A stretch of 64,000 bases of DNA, taken from assembly GCA_963708135.1 (NCBI GenBank), contig OY970192.1, positions 928,001 through 992,000 of the forward strand. Reading direction: 5' to 3'. The notes below the pieces were generated by a model. The model was not told the DNA's origin, did no database searches, and was given only the letters and a program-made list of their open reading frames with translations. The translations under genes and the position numbers were made by a program. Positions 19,485-28,611 of the stretch are shown one piece after another. Origin of the DNA: an uncultured Gemmatimonadales bacterium (GTDB lineage: Bacteria; Gemmatimonadota; Gemmatimonadetes; Longimicrobiales; RSA9). Every line of letters starts with the position of its first letter. The first letter of the stretch is position 1.

Positions 19485-19793
19485 ATGGGCAAACGACCGT
19501 ACCCGCTGGGGTTCCGGCGGCAGATGGTGGATCTGGTCCGGGCGGGCCGGACGCCGGAGGCGCTGAGCCGGGAGTTCGAGCCCTCGGCGCAGGCGATCCG
19601 CAACTGGGTTCGCCAGGCGGAGCTGAACGAACGCCGGGGCGAGGGCGATTTGAGCGAGGCGGAGCGCAAGGAACTCAAGGATCTGCGCGTAGAGAACGCG
19701 CAACTGCGCGTTGAGCGGGAGATCCTGGCAAAAGCCGCGGCCTGGTTCGCTCGGGAGACCGAAGAGACGTCACGGCGATCTTCGAATTCGTGA
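19485..19793 (+). CDS. IS3-family transposase OrfA (HTH plus leucine-zipper)
   Basis: AAGGAG SD; YPLGFRRQMVDLV, AIRNWVRQ, LRVENAQLRVEREILAKAAAWF; A_AAG slippery tetramer at ~19730. Confidence 0.85.
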   Translation: MGKRPYPLGFRRQMVDLVRAGRTPEALSREFEPSAQAIRNWVRQAELNERRGEGDLSEAERKELKDLRVENAQLRVEREILAKAAAWFARETEETSRRSSNS

Positions 19794-19905
19794 GAGCGCA
19801 CCGGGCCTTCTATCCGATCGCGACGATGTGCCGCGTGCTGGAGGTCTCCACCAGCGGGTACTATGCGTGGCTCAGGCGGCCGATCTCGACGCATGCGCGC
19901 CGGGG
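19790..19905 (+). pseudogene. IS3 OrfB N-terminal fragment, no DDE domain
   Basis: -1 frame GTGA overlap; YPIATMCRVLEVSTSGYYAW then similarity is lost. Confidence 0.75.
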
Positions 19906-20099
19906 TACGCGCGCCGTCAGGCGAAGGTCGCGTGAGCCCGGATCCCGGGCCCCTCCGCGTCGCCTCCGCGCCTGTCGGCGCTCCGGCGTTCGACCACCCC
20001 CGTGGCAGGGGGAGAAACGAAGTCATTCACTCGAAACCCCAAACCTCACCTGTCCACGAAACCGGATTAGGCCCAAACCGCACTCCCCCCACCCCCATC

Positions 20100-20159
<60 letters not shown>

Positions 20160-20328
20160 CAGAGCGGAGGAACACCCCCTCTCCCCTCCGGTACTAACCG
20201 GGGAACGATCTGGGCTCTTCGGCGCGCCGTTTCGCGCCTGACCGGGGCGTCGGCGGTGTTCTTGCGGAACCGTTGCCGCCACGTCTATTTTCGACACTCT
20301 CGGGAGGCATCGGGGAGGGCTTCGCCAG

Positions 20329-20652
20329 ATGACGAATTTCCAGCAGATCCTGCAGATGGGCCAGCAGGTGCAGGCCCGGATGACGGAGCTCCAGGCGGAG
20401 CTCGACAACCGGACGGTCTCGTCGTCGAGCGGCGGCGGGATGGTGAAGGTGACGGCGGACGGAAAGGGCACGATCCGGGAGATCCGGATCGATCCCACGG
20501 TGGTGGATCGGGATGATGTCGAGATGCTCGAGGACCTCGTGCTCGCCGCGGTGTCGGAGGTGCAGCAGCGCGCGCGGCAGATCTACGAGGAGGAGATGAA
20601 GAAGCTGGCTGGCGGCCTGCCGCTGCCGTTCCAGCTGCCGAATCTTCCGTGA
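20329..20652 (+). CDS. ybaB: YbaB/EbfC nucleoid-associated protein
   Basis: SGGGMVKVTADG, DVEMLEDLVLAA; dnaX-ybaB-recR synteny. Confidence 0.93.
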   Translation: MTNFQQILQMGQQVQARMTELQAELDNRTVSSSSGGGMVKVTADGKGTIREIRIDPTVVDRDDVEMLEDLVLAAVSEVQQRARQIYEEEMKKLAGGLPLPFQLPNLP

Positions 20653-20727
20653 TCCTCCCCGGAGCACGGAGGACGCTTCCACACTTCCGCTCTTCCACGC
20701 AGTGCGTGGCGCGGTGTGGAGCATAGC

Positions 20728-21402
20728 ATGTCGGCCATTGAGGACCTCACCGGAGAGCTTTCCCGCCTCCCCGGCATCGGACGCAAGACGGCGCTGCGGC
20801 TGACCTACCATCTGCTGAAGCGGCCGCCGGAAGAGATCCGGCGGCTTGCCTCGGCGCTGGAAGGGGTGGCCTCGCGCGTGCGCGCCTGCAGCGTCTGCGG
20901 CAACCTGACGGAGGAGGACCCCTGCGCGCTGTGCGCGAGCCCGCGCCGGGACCGGAGCGTGGTGTGCGTCGTGGAGGAGGCCTCCGACATCGGCGCCATC
21001 GAGCGGACCGGGCAGTATCGCGGGCTCTACCACGTGCTGGGCGGGCGCATCTCACCGCTCGAGGGGATCGGCCCGGACGAGTTGAGCATCGCGGGCCTCC
21101 TTGCCCGCGTCCGGGACGGGGAACCGCCGGCGCCCGACGCGCCTTCCACCGCGGGCGAGGTGGGCTCCGTGAACGGCGCGGGCGGCGCGGCGCCGGCCGG
21201 CGGCGGCGGAATCCGCGAGGTGATCGTCGCCACCAACCCCAGCGTGGAGGGGGAGGCGACGGCGCTGTACCTGCAGAAGCTGATCGGCCCCATGGGGGTG
21301 CGCGTTACGCGGCTGGCCCGCGGGCTCCCCGTCGGCGGGGACCTCGAGTACGCGGACGGCGTGACCATCGCCGAGGCGCTGGCGGGCCGGCGCGATCTCT
21401 AG
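20728..21402 (+). CDS. recR: Recombination mediator RecR
   Basis: LPGIGRKTALRL, C4 zinc finger, YHVLGGRISPLEGIGP, EGEATA, RGLPVGGDLEY; ~30-aa low-complexity insertion in the Toprim domain. Confidence 0.95.
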   Translation: MSAIEDLTGELSRLPGIGRKTALRLTYHLLKRPPEEIRRLASALEGVASRVRACSVCGNLTEEDPCALCASPRRDRSVVCVVEEASDIGAIERTGQYRGLYHVLGGRISPLEGIGPDELSIAGLLARVRDGEPPAPDAPSTAGEVGSVNGAGGAAPAGGGGIREVIVATNPSVEGEATALYLQKLIGPMGVRVTRLARGLPVGGDLEYADGVTIAEALAGRRDL

Positions 21403-21439
21403 TTGCCAGTGCACACACGGGAGCTCGGGCGGAATCATC

Positions 21440-21760
21440 ATGAACCGCGGGCGGATCCTCAGGACGACAGGGCTGGTGCTGCTCGCCGCGGGCGCGGTGG
21501 CGGCCCTCGGCACGCTCCTCGTGCGCGACCAGATCGCGCGCCACAGGCGTGACCTCTTCAGCTCGCACCCGCTGCGGCGGCTGGCGGCGCTCGGCTACCT
21601 CGGCGGCCGCGAGGCCACCGTGGATACCGTGCGGCTGCTGCGCGACTTCGTCGCCTGGGAGCCGCGTCCGCTGCTGCGCCGCCGCGCCGCGCTGATCCTG
21701 TCCCGGATGGAGGAGGCACTGCTCAAGGCGGCGGTCCAGCCGGGAGAGGTGGCGGGATGA
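21440..21760 (+). CDS. Hypothetical membrane-anchored protein with HEAT-like helices
   Basis: N-terminal [21 protein letters not shown]; stop overlaps mglB start. Confidence 0.65.
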   Translation: MNRGRILRTTGLVLLAAGAVAALGTLLVRDQIARHRRDLFSSHPLRRLAALGYLGGREATVDTVRLLRDFVAWEPRPLLRRRAALILSRMEEALLKAAVQPGEVAG

Positions 21761-22251
21761 TGGCGGGCCAGGGGAGCTGGGCCGTCGGTGTCGCCGACCT
21801 CCAGCACCTCGACCGCATGCTCCTGGCGTTCGTGGCCGAGACGCAGGCTTGTTCGGTGCTCCTCATCGACCGGACCGGGCGCTACCTGACCGGCGCGGGC
21901 GACGTGGACGCGCTGGATGCGACGTCGTTCGCCTCCCTCGCGGCGGCGGATTTTGCGGCCAGCGACCAGCTCGCGCGGCTGCTCGGCGAGTCGGAGTTCG
22001 CCGCGCTCTACCATGCGGCGCCCGCACAGTCGATGTACCTCGCCGACATCGATGGCCAGGCCATTCTCGCGGCGCTCTTCGACGCCCGCACGACTCTGGG
22101 GCTGGTCCGCCTGCGCACCCGCACGCTCGTGCCGCGGATCGCCCGGGTGTTCCAGGAGCTGACCACCCGGCCGCCGGCCGCGGATGCCGCCATGGACGAT
22201 GTCTGGCTCGCCTCCGCGACCGACGAGATCGACCGCCTCTTCACGGACTAG
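21757..22251 (+). CDS. mglB: MglB roadblock/LC7 GTPase-activating protein
   Basis: [50 protein letters not shown]; upstream of mglA. Confidence 0.85.
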   Translation: MMAGQGSWAVGVADLQHLDRMLLAFVAETQACSVLLIDRTGRYLTGAGDVDALDATSFASLAAADFAASDQLARLLGESEFAALYHAAPAQSMYLADIDGQAILAALFDARTTLGLVRLRTRTLVPRIARVFQELTTRPPAADAAMDDVWLASATDEIDRLFTD

Positions 22252-22262
22252 GAGGACGGCCG

Positions 22263-22841
22263 ATGTCGATGATCAACTACGCCAGCCGCGAGATCAACTG
22301 CAAGCTCGTCTACTACGGCCCCGGGCTCGGCGGCAAGACGACCAACATCGAGTACGTCTACGGCAAGGTCGCGCCGGAGTCGCGCGGCAAGCTGATCTCG
22401 CTCGCTACCGAGCAGGAGCGGACGCTCTTCTTCGATTTCCTGCCCGTGGACCTCGGCTCGATCCGGGGCTTTAAGACGCGGTTCCACCTCTACACCGTGC
22501 CGGGGCAGGTTTACTATAACGCCAGCCGCCGCCTCATCCTGAAGGGTGTCGATGGCGTGGTCTTCGTCGCAGACTCGCAGGCGGAGCGGATCGACGCGAA
22601 CATCGCGTCCATGCAGAACCTCTACGAGAACCTGGCCGAATACGGCTACGATCCGATGACCCTGCCGATCGTCATCCAGTACAACAAGCGCGACGTGAAG
22701 AGCGCCGTCTCCGCGGACGAGCTGCGCGCGCAGCTCAACCCGGACCGGCTCCCCGACTTCGAGGCCGTCGCTGTGGAGGGCAGGGGCGTCTTCGACACCC
22801 TGCGCTCGGTGAGCAAGCTCGTCATCAAGACCCTGAGCTGA
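22263..22841 (+). CDS. mglA: MglA small Ras-like GTPase
   Basis: [55 protein letters not shown]. Confidence 0.95.
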   Translation: MSMINYASREINCKLVYYGPGLGGKTTNIEYVYGKVAPESRGKLISLATEQERTLFFDFLPVDLGSIRGFKTRFHLYTVPGQVYYNASRRLILKGVDGVVFVADSQAERIDANIASMQNLYENLAEYGYDPMTLPIVIQYNKRDVKSAVSADELRAQLNPDRLPDFEAVAVEGRGVFDTLRSVSKLVIKTLS

Positions 22842-22855
22842 GCAGGATCGCGGCC

Positions 22856-23503
22856 ATGACGGTGCTGCGTCGAAGCACCCTGCCCAATGCGATCACGGTC
22901 GGGCGCATCCTCATGGCACCGGCCGTTTTCTTCCTGCTCTTCGAGCCGGAGTTCACGCCTCGTCTTGTCGCGTGGCTGCTCTTCCTGGTGGCCGCGTTCT
23001 CCGACCTGTGGGATGGCTACCTCGCACGCAAGCATGGCTGGATCAGCAACTTCGGCAAGCTGGTGGACCCGATCGCGGACAAGCTGCTGCTGGTGGCCAC
23101 CTTCCTGCCGTTCTACCTGCTCTCGCACCGCCCGGCCGCCGTACCGCTGCCGCTCTGGCACACGCTCCCGCTCTGGGTCGTCATCGTGGTGTTCGGCCGG
23201 GAGGTCCTGATCACCGCCATCCGCGCCTGGGCCGCCCGCCGGGGCACCGTCATCCCGGCAGGGAAGGCCGGCAAGCAGAAGGCGCTCACGCAGAATATCT
23301 TCATCGGCACCACCATCCTGTGGTACGCGCTGCAGAGCGCGGCGCGCGAGAACGGCTGGCGCGGCCGTCTCTGGGAAGGATGGCAGCTCTTCCACGGCAC
23401 CGTGCTCGCCGTAACGCTCGCTCTGGCCGTGGCGCTCACGCTCTACTCTCTCGGCGTCTACCTGCGGGCCTGGCGCAGCGTGGTCCGGGAAGCCGCCGGA
23501 TGA
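22856..23503 (+). CDS. pgsA: CDP-diacylglycerol--glycerol-3-phosphate 3-phosphatidyltransferase
   Basis: LPNAITVGR, DLWDGYLARK...GKLVDPIADK signature. Confidence 0.88.
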   Translation: MTVLRRSTLPNAITVGRILMAPAVFFLLFEPEFTPRLVAWLLFLVAAFSDLWDGYLARKHGWISNFGKLVDPIADKLLLVATFLPFYLLSHRPAAVPLPLWHTLPLWVVIVVFGREVLITAIRAWAARRGTVIPAGKAGKQKALTQNIFIGTTILWYALQSAARENGWRGRLWEGWQLFHGTVLAVTLALAVALTLYSLGVYLRAWRSVVREAAG

Positions 23504-24870
23504 GCCGGCCGCCGCCGCCGGCCGTCGAGATCGTCACGATCGGGGACGAGCTGCTGCTCGGCGACACCCTCGACGGCAACGCCGCCTGGCTCGGGCGCCG
23601 CCTCGCCGCGGCGGGGGTGCGGACCGCGCGCCGCACAACCGTCGGCGATGCGGCCGCGGACATCCACGCGGCGGTGGCGGCCGCCCTCGAGCGCACCGGC
23701 GTCGTGGTCTGCACGGGGGGGCTCGGGCCGACGCCCGACGACCTGACCCGCCCCGTCGTGGCCGACCTGTTCGGGCGTGCCCTCGCGGAGGACGACGCCC
23801 TCCTCGCCGCGCTGCGCGAGCGCTTCGACGCGCGCGGCATCCGCATGGCGGAGAACAACCGCCGGCAGGCGGAGGTGCCCGAGGGGGCGACGGTCTTCCC
23901 GAACCCACGCGGCACCGCGCCGGGCCTCCTCCTGGAGGACGATCGCGGCGTCGTCGTGCTGCTCCCCGGGGTGCCGGCGGAAATGCGCGCGCTGGTGGAC
24001 GCCTACGTGCTGGACGCGCTGCTGGAGCGCTTCGAGGAGCACGGTGCACCGATCCTCTCGCGCCGGCTCCGCACCACCGGCATCGCGGAGTCAAGCCTCG
24101 CCGCGAAGGTCGAGGACGTGCTCCCGGAGCTGGCGCCGCTCGGCGTCGCCTTCCTGCCTTCGCTCGACGGAGTGGACCTCCGCGTGACGAGTTGGGGCAC
24201 GCTGCCGGAGCCCGATGCCACGGCGGCCCTGGACCGGGCGGAGGCGCTCCTCCGCGAGCGCGCCGGCCGCTACGTCTACGCCGTAGGCGACGACTCCCTC
24301 GGCGCGGTCGTCGGGCGCCGCCTCGCCCGCCGCGGCCTCACGCTCGCACTCGCCGAGAGCTGCACGGGCGGCCTCATCGGCGCGCGCCTGACCGACTCGC
24401 CCGGCGCCTCCGACTTCCTGCTCGGCGGCGTCATCTCCTACTCGAACGAGGCCAAGCGGAGTCTGCTGGGCGTGCGCGCCGGGACGCTCGCCGCCCACGG
24501 CGCCGTGAGCGAGGAGGCCGCCCGCGAGATGGTGGCCGGCGTCCGCGAGACCCTCGGCGCCGATGTCGGGCTCGCCGTGACCGGCATCGCCGGCCCGGGC
24601 GGCGGCAGCGAGGCCAAGCCCGTCGGGACGGTCTGGATCGCCGCCGCCCTGCCGGCCGCCCGGGACGACGTCGGAGCGCCGGATGGCGGCCCCGAGCCCG
24701 ACGCCCACGGCTCCGGCCGGCGTTCGCACGACCGGCCGTTCCGCCTCGGGGAGAGCCGCGGCGTGGCGCGCCATCTCCGGCTCCCCGGCGACCGCCTCGA
24801 GGTGCGCGCCCGCGCGGCGCAGGCGGCGCTCGCGCTGCTGCTCGACCTCCTGCGCGAGGAGGCTCCGTGA
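23500..24870 (+). CDS. cinA: Competence/damage-inducible protein CinA (MoCF-like plus NMN deamidase)
   Basis: IGDELLLG, GGLGPTPDDLT, NPRGTAPG, LPGVPAEM, AESCTGG, GAVSEE, TGIAGPGGG, KPVGTV. Confidence 0.93.
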   Translation: MSRPPPPAVEIVTIGDELLLGDTLDGNAAWLGRRLAAAGVRTARRTTVGDAAADIHAAVAAALERTGVVVCTGGLGPTPDDLTRPVVADLFGRALAEDDALLAALRERFDARGIRMAENNRRQAEVPEGATVFPNPRGTAPGLLLEDDRGVVVLLPGVPAEMRALVDAYVLDALLERFEEHGAPILSRRLRTTGIAESSLAAKVEDVLPELAPLGVAFLPSLDGVDLRVTSWGTLPEPDATAALDRAEALLRERAGRYVYAVGDDSLGAVVGRRLARRGLTLALAESCTGGLIGARLTDSPGASDFLLGGVISYSNEAKRSLLGVRAGTLAAHGAVSEEAAREMVAGVRETLGADVGLAVTGIAGPGGGSEAKPVGTVWIAAALPAARDDVGAPDGGPEPDAHGSGRRSHDRPFRLGESRGVARHLRLPGDRLEVRARAAQAALALLLDLLREEAP

Positions 24871-25718
24871 GCGCCACGTCCGCCCAGAGGCACCACGGCT
24901 ACCTCCACGGCGTCGGCGGGCTGAGACTCCACTACCGTAGCTGGGAGGCGGCCGGTACGCCGCGCGCCGCGCTCGTGGTCGTGCACGGCCTCACCGAGCA
25001 CAGCGGCCGCTACGATGAGCTGGGCGAGTCCATGGCGGCGCACGCCATCTCGACCTTCGCGATGGACCTGCGCGGCCACGGCTCCTCCGACGGCCGCCGC
25101 GGCCACGTGCCGCGCTTCGAGGTCTTCCTCCAGGACCTGGACCGCTTCCGCAGGGAGGTGCAGGGACTCGTCGACCCCGCCTGTCCGCTCTTCCTCCTCG
25201 GCCAGTCGCTCGGCGGGCTGATCGTGCTGCGTTACCTCGAGGAGTACGATGCCCCGTTCCGCGGCGGCATCATCGTCTCGCCATGGCTCGCCACCGCCGT
25301 GGAGGTGCCACGCTGGAAGGCCACCGCGGCGCGGCTCCTCGAGCGCGTGCTTCCGGCGTTCCCCTTCAGCATCGGGATTCGCGGCGAGCAGCTCAGCCAC
25401 GACGCCGCCGTCGTGGCCGCCTACCGCGACGACCCGCTCGTCCACGGCAGGATCACCCCACGCCTCTTCGCCGAGACCTCGATCGCCATGGGGCAGGCGC
25501 TACAGCGGCGCGAACGCATCGCCGTCCCGATTCTCTTCCTTCTCGGCGGCGAGGACCACCTCGTCGACATCCAGCGCGCCCTCGCCTTCGCCCGCTCCCT
25601 CAGCCGCCCCGACATCACCCTCGACGTCTTCCCCGGCATGCTCCACGAGCCGCTCAACGAGGTCGGCCGCCGGGAGGTCCGGCTCGAGATCCGCGACTGG
25701 CTCGTCTCCCACCTCTGA
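24867..25718 (+). CDS. Alpha/beta hydrolase (lysophospholipase/monoglyceride lipase-like)
   Basis: VHGLTEHSGRY, DLRGHGSS, GQSLGG nucleophile elbow, D and HE catalytic residues. Confidence 0.88.
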   Translation: MSATSAQRHHGYLHGVGGLRLHYRSWEAAGTPRAALVVVHGLTEHSGRYDELGESMAAHAISTFAMDLRGHGSSDGRRGHVPRFEVFLQDLDRFRREVQGLVDPACPLFLLGQSLGGLIVLRYLEEYDAPFRGGIIVSPWLATAVEVPRWKATAARLLERVLPAFPFSIGIRGEQLSHDAAVVAAYRDDPLVHGRITPRLFAETSIAMGQALQRRERIAVPILFLLGGEDHLVDIQRALAFARSLSRPDITLDVFPGMLHEPLNEVGRREVRLEIRDWLVSHL

Positions 25719-25837
25719 GTCCCGCCCACTGCCGCGCAGGGCGAGACGGCGCCCTGGTCGTCCCCGCCCCGACCACGCTCCCCGGCGACCGCGCCGGCCG
25801 GCGCTTGCGATCCGCTATCTTTTTCCGCCGTCGCCGG

Positions 25838-25866
25838 TTGACCGCGTCCGGCGCTCCCGTTAGCTT
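25838..25866 (+). promoter_or_regulatory. sigma70 promoter of SRP RNA
   Basis: TTGACC-N17-TAGCTT, 6 nt before the RNA's 5' stem. Confidence 0.75.
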
Positions 25867-25872
25867 CAAGGC

Positions 25873-25974
25873 AGTGCCCCAGGACCGTAGGACGCGAGCC
25901 CGCGAATCGCGTCAGGACCCCGCAGGTAGCAGCGCTAAGTGCGGCGGACGTCGCTACGTCAATCCTGGGGCACT
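25873..25974 (+). ncRNA. ffs: Signal recognition particle RNA (4.5S, small bacterial type)
   Basis: Terminal stem AGTGCCCCAGGA/TCCTGGGGCACT; helix-8 motif TCAGG-ACC-(CCGCA)-GGT-AGCAGC; ~100 nt; promoter directly upstream. Confidence 0.85.
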
Positions 25975-26060
25975 TCTGCATCCTCTCGCTCCCACCCCGC
26001 CGCTCTCCTCCGACCGCTCCTGCCATTCCCTCGCCCCGGCTTCCGCCCCATTCCTGCGTC

Positions 26061-26429
26061 ATGGCCGCACCCCAGGACTTCGGCCGGGCCGGCGAGGCGA
26101 TGGCCGCGGCGGCGCTCGAGGCCGCCGGATGGCGCATCCTCGACCGTAATTTCCGCTTCGGTCACCGCGAGATCGATCTCGTCGCCCGGAAGGGACGCAC
26201 CGTCGCCTTCGTCGAGGTGAAGAGCCGCGCCGCGGGCTCCAGGGGCCATCCGCTCGAGGCGATCACCGCGGCCAAGCGCCGCGAGATCGAGCGCGTCGCC
26301 CGCTTCTGGATCGCTCGCCACGGCCGCCGCTGGCACCACTACCGCTTCGATGCCGTCGCGGTGATCCGCCCCGCCCGCGGCCCCGCACGCATCGAGCACC
26401 TCGCGGACGCCTGGCGCATCGATGGGTGA
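26061..26429 (+). CDS. yraN: YraN family endonuclease-like protein (UPF0102)
   Basis: GRAGE, ILDRNFR, EIDLVA, FVEVKSR, RFDAVAV. Confidence 0.9.
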   Translation: MAAPQDFGRAGEAMAAAALEAAGWRILDRNFRFGHREIDLVARKGRTVAFVEVKSRAAGSRGHPLEAITAAKRREIERVARFWIARHGRRWHHYRFDAVAVIRPARGPARIEHLADAWRIDG

Positions 26430-26478
26430 CGCCGTGGCCGACTCCGGGCCCTGCCCCTGCCGAATCGGCACCCCCCCC

Positions 26479-26494
26479 TGGCACCGCCCTTGCA
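26479..26494 (+). promoter_or_regulatory. sigma54 -24/-12 promoter upstream of grpE-dnaJ
   Basis: TGGCAC-CGCCC-TTGCA matches the consensus TGGCAC-N5-TTGCW. Confidence 0.65.
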
Positions 26495-26560
26495 CCCCGC
26501 GGCGGCGCGGGATAGGCTTTGTTGCTCCGCGAGGCGGGCCCCGCTTCGCGCTCACCCGAG

Positions 26561-27181
26561 ATGGATGCGATGACGGACGAACGTGAGATGCGGCCGCAGG
26601 ATGGCGGTGCCGCCGGCGCTGATGCGGTGGCCGCCGGTGCGGCTGGTGTCACGCCGGAAGACGTGGAGACGGCGGCGGCGCACGCCGGGGCTGCTCGGGA
26701 CCCGGAGGATGACCCGGCCGCGGCGCAGCTCGACGAGATGCGCGCGGAGCTGCAGGTGCTGAACGAGCGCCACCTGCGTCTGGCGGCGGAGTTCGACAAC
26801 TACCGGAAGCGGAGCGACCGCGAGCGCATGGAGCAGCACACGCGCTCGCAGGCCGACCTCGCGCGTCGCCTGCTGGATGTGATCGACGACCTGCAGCGCG
26901 TAGCCGAGGTGGATGTCGCGAGCACGACCACGGACGCGCTGCACGAGGGCGTCGCGCTCGTGGAGAAGAAGCTCCGCCGGGCGCTGGAATCGGCCGGCCT
27001 GGAGCCGATCGACCCGACGGGCGAGTTCTTCAACCCGGAGTCCATGGAAGCGCTAATGACCGTTCCGGCGGAGCATCCCGAGGAGGACGACGTCGTCGCG
27101 GCGGTGCTGCAGAAGGGCTATCGCTTCGGCAACGTGCTGATCCGCCCCGCGCGCGTCCAGGTCAAGAAGTACGAGGAATAG
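26561..27181 (+). CDS. grpE: Nucleotide exchange factor GrpE (start 26561 or 26570)
   Basis: LRLAAEFDNYRKR, FNPESMEAL, QKGYRFGNVLIRPARVQV. Confidence 0.93.
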   Translation: MDAMTDEREMRPQDGGAAGADAVAAGAAGVTPEDVETAAAHAGAARDPEDDPAAAQLDEMRAELQVLNERHLRLAAEFDNYRKRSDRERMEQHTRSQADLARRLLDVIDDLQRVAEVDVASTTTDALHEGVALVEKKLRRALESAGLEPIDPTGEFFNPESMEALMTVPAEHPEEDDVVAAVLQKGYRFGNVLIRPARVQVKKYEE

Positions 27182-27187
27182 CACGCC

Positions 27188-28339
27188 GTGCCGGCGACGA
27201 CGACGAAGGACTACTACCAGGTCCTCGGGGTCCCGGAGACCGCCACGCCGGAGGAGATCAAGAAGGCCTACCGGCGGCTCGCCAAGCAGCACCACCCGGA
27301 TGCCAACCCGGACAACCCGCAGGCCGCGGATCGCTTCAAGGAGGTCGGCGAGGCGTACTCGGTCCTCTCCGACGCGGAGAAGCGCAAGCAGTACGATCAG
27401 GTCCGGAAGAACCCGTTCGCGGGATTCGCCGGCTTCGGGCACCGGCCCGCCGGCGCCGGCGGGCCCGGTGGCGCCAGCCACGGCGGCTTCGGGCAGCAGG
27501 GCGGCAGCTTCTCCTTCGAAGACCTCGGCGACATGGGCGGGCTGGGGGACATCTTCAGCTCGATCTTCGACCTCGGGAAGCGGCGCCGCGGGAGGGGCGG
27601 CCGGACGGCCGGCCCGGAGCGGGGACGCGACGTCGAATACGTCGTCGAGATCCCCTTCGCGACCGCAGCGCGGGGCGGCAAGCTTCCGATCACCGTGCCG
27701 GTCACCGAGGAATGCGCGACCTGCGGCGGCACCGGGAGCGCGCCCGGCACGAAGCCGCAGACCTGTCCGGAGTGCAAGGGCTCCGGCACGATCAGTTTCG
27801 GCCAGGGCGGCTTCGCCGTCAGCAGGCCGTGCCCGATGTGTCTCGGGCGCGGCACCGTCCCCACCCAGCCGTGTCCGACCTGCGGCGGGCAGGGGCAGGT
27901 CCGCGAGCAGCGCCAGATCGTGGTCACCATCCCGGCCGGCGTGGACAGCGGCTCGAAGCTGCGCCTCTCCGGGCAGGGCGAGCGCGGGCCCGGCGGCGGT
28001 CCGCCCGGCGACCTGCTGCTCACCTTCCGCGTGAAGTCCGACCGGTTCTTCCGCCGCGAGGGACTGGACATCTACTCGACCGTCCCGATCAACCTCGCCC
28101 AGGCCACCCTCGGCTCGAAGATCCGCGTGCGCAGCGTGGACGGGAAGAAGGTCGCGCTACGGATCCCGCCGGGCACCCAGTCCGGGACGCGGTTCCGGAT
28201 CCCGGGCCAGGGCGTCGAGAAAGGCGACCGCCGAGGCGACCAGTACGTGCAGGTGAAGATCATCGTGCCCGAGACGCTCTCGCCCGAGCAGGAGGAGCTC
28301 ATGCGGGAGTTCGCCGAGATGTCCAACCTCAGGTATTGA
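27188..28339 (+). CDS. dnaJ: Chaperone DnaJ
   Basis: [13 protein letters not shown] region, four CxxCxGxG repeats, C-terminal domain. Confidence 0.95.
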   Translation: MPATTTKDYYQVLGVPETATPEEIKKAYRRLAKQHHPDANPDNPQAADRFKEVGEAYSVLSDAEKRKQYDQVRKNPFAGFAGFGHRPAGAGGPGGASHGGFGQQGGSFSFEDLGDMGGLGDIFSSIFDLGKRRRGRGGRTAGPERGRDVEYVVEIPFATAARGGKLPITVPVTEECATCGGTGSAPGTKPQTCPECKGSGTISFGQGGFAVSRPCPMCLGRGTVPTQPCPTCGGQGQVREQRQIVVTIPAGVDSGSKLRLSGQGERGPGGGPPGDLLLTFRVKSDRFFRREGLDIYSTVPINLAQATLGSKIRVRSVDGKKVALRIPPGTQSGTRFRIPGQGVEKGDRRGDQYVQVKIIVPETLSPEQEELMREFAEMSNLRY

Positions 28340-28347
28340 GGCCGACC

Positions 28348-28581
28348 ATGGCCAGACGCTTTCAGGACGGGAATTTCCTGCACTGGGAGGCCTACGCGAG
28401 CACCGGGCCGTTCGGCTATCCGGAGCGCCCGCACATCGTCTTCAACTGCCTGACCGACAAGACGATCCGACCCCGTTACATGGAGCGCCCCGGCGAGGAG
28501 CCCGAGCTCGCGCGCTGGGTCGAGGCCGCCCCCGACACCGAGCTCCGCGACCTGCTCGAGCACGCCCGCGCCCTCGCCTGA
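28348..28581 (+). CDS. Small hypothetical protein (77 aa)
   Basis: GAGG SD, ATG 8 nt after the dnaJ stop; globular composition (WEAYAS, HIVFNCL). Confidence 0.6.
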   Translation: MARRFQDGNFLHWEAYASTGPFGYPERPHIVFNCLTDKTIRPRYMERPGEEPELARWVEAAPDTELRDLLEHARALA

Positions 28582-28611
28582 GGAGGCGCGCGGCCGGCAG
28601 CTCCCTCGCGG

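Larger units (their letters stand above)
19429..20075 (+). mobile_element. Internally deleted IS3-family element (647 bp)
   Basis: TG...CA ends; IRL 19429-19453 and IRR 20051-20075 match 19/25 with an exact inner 15-mer CCGGTTTCGTGGACA; orfA intact, orfB truncated; no target duplication seen. Confidence 0.85.

Noticed and set aside
26430..26560. CIRCE operator upstream of grpE
   Set aside because: No TTAGCACTC-N9-GAGTGCTAA match
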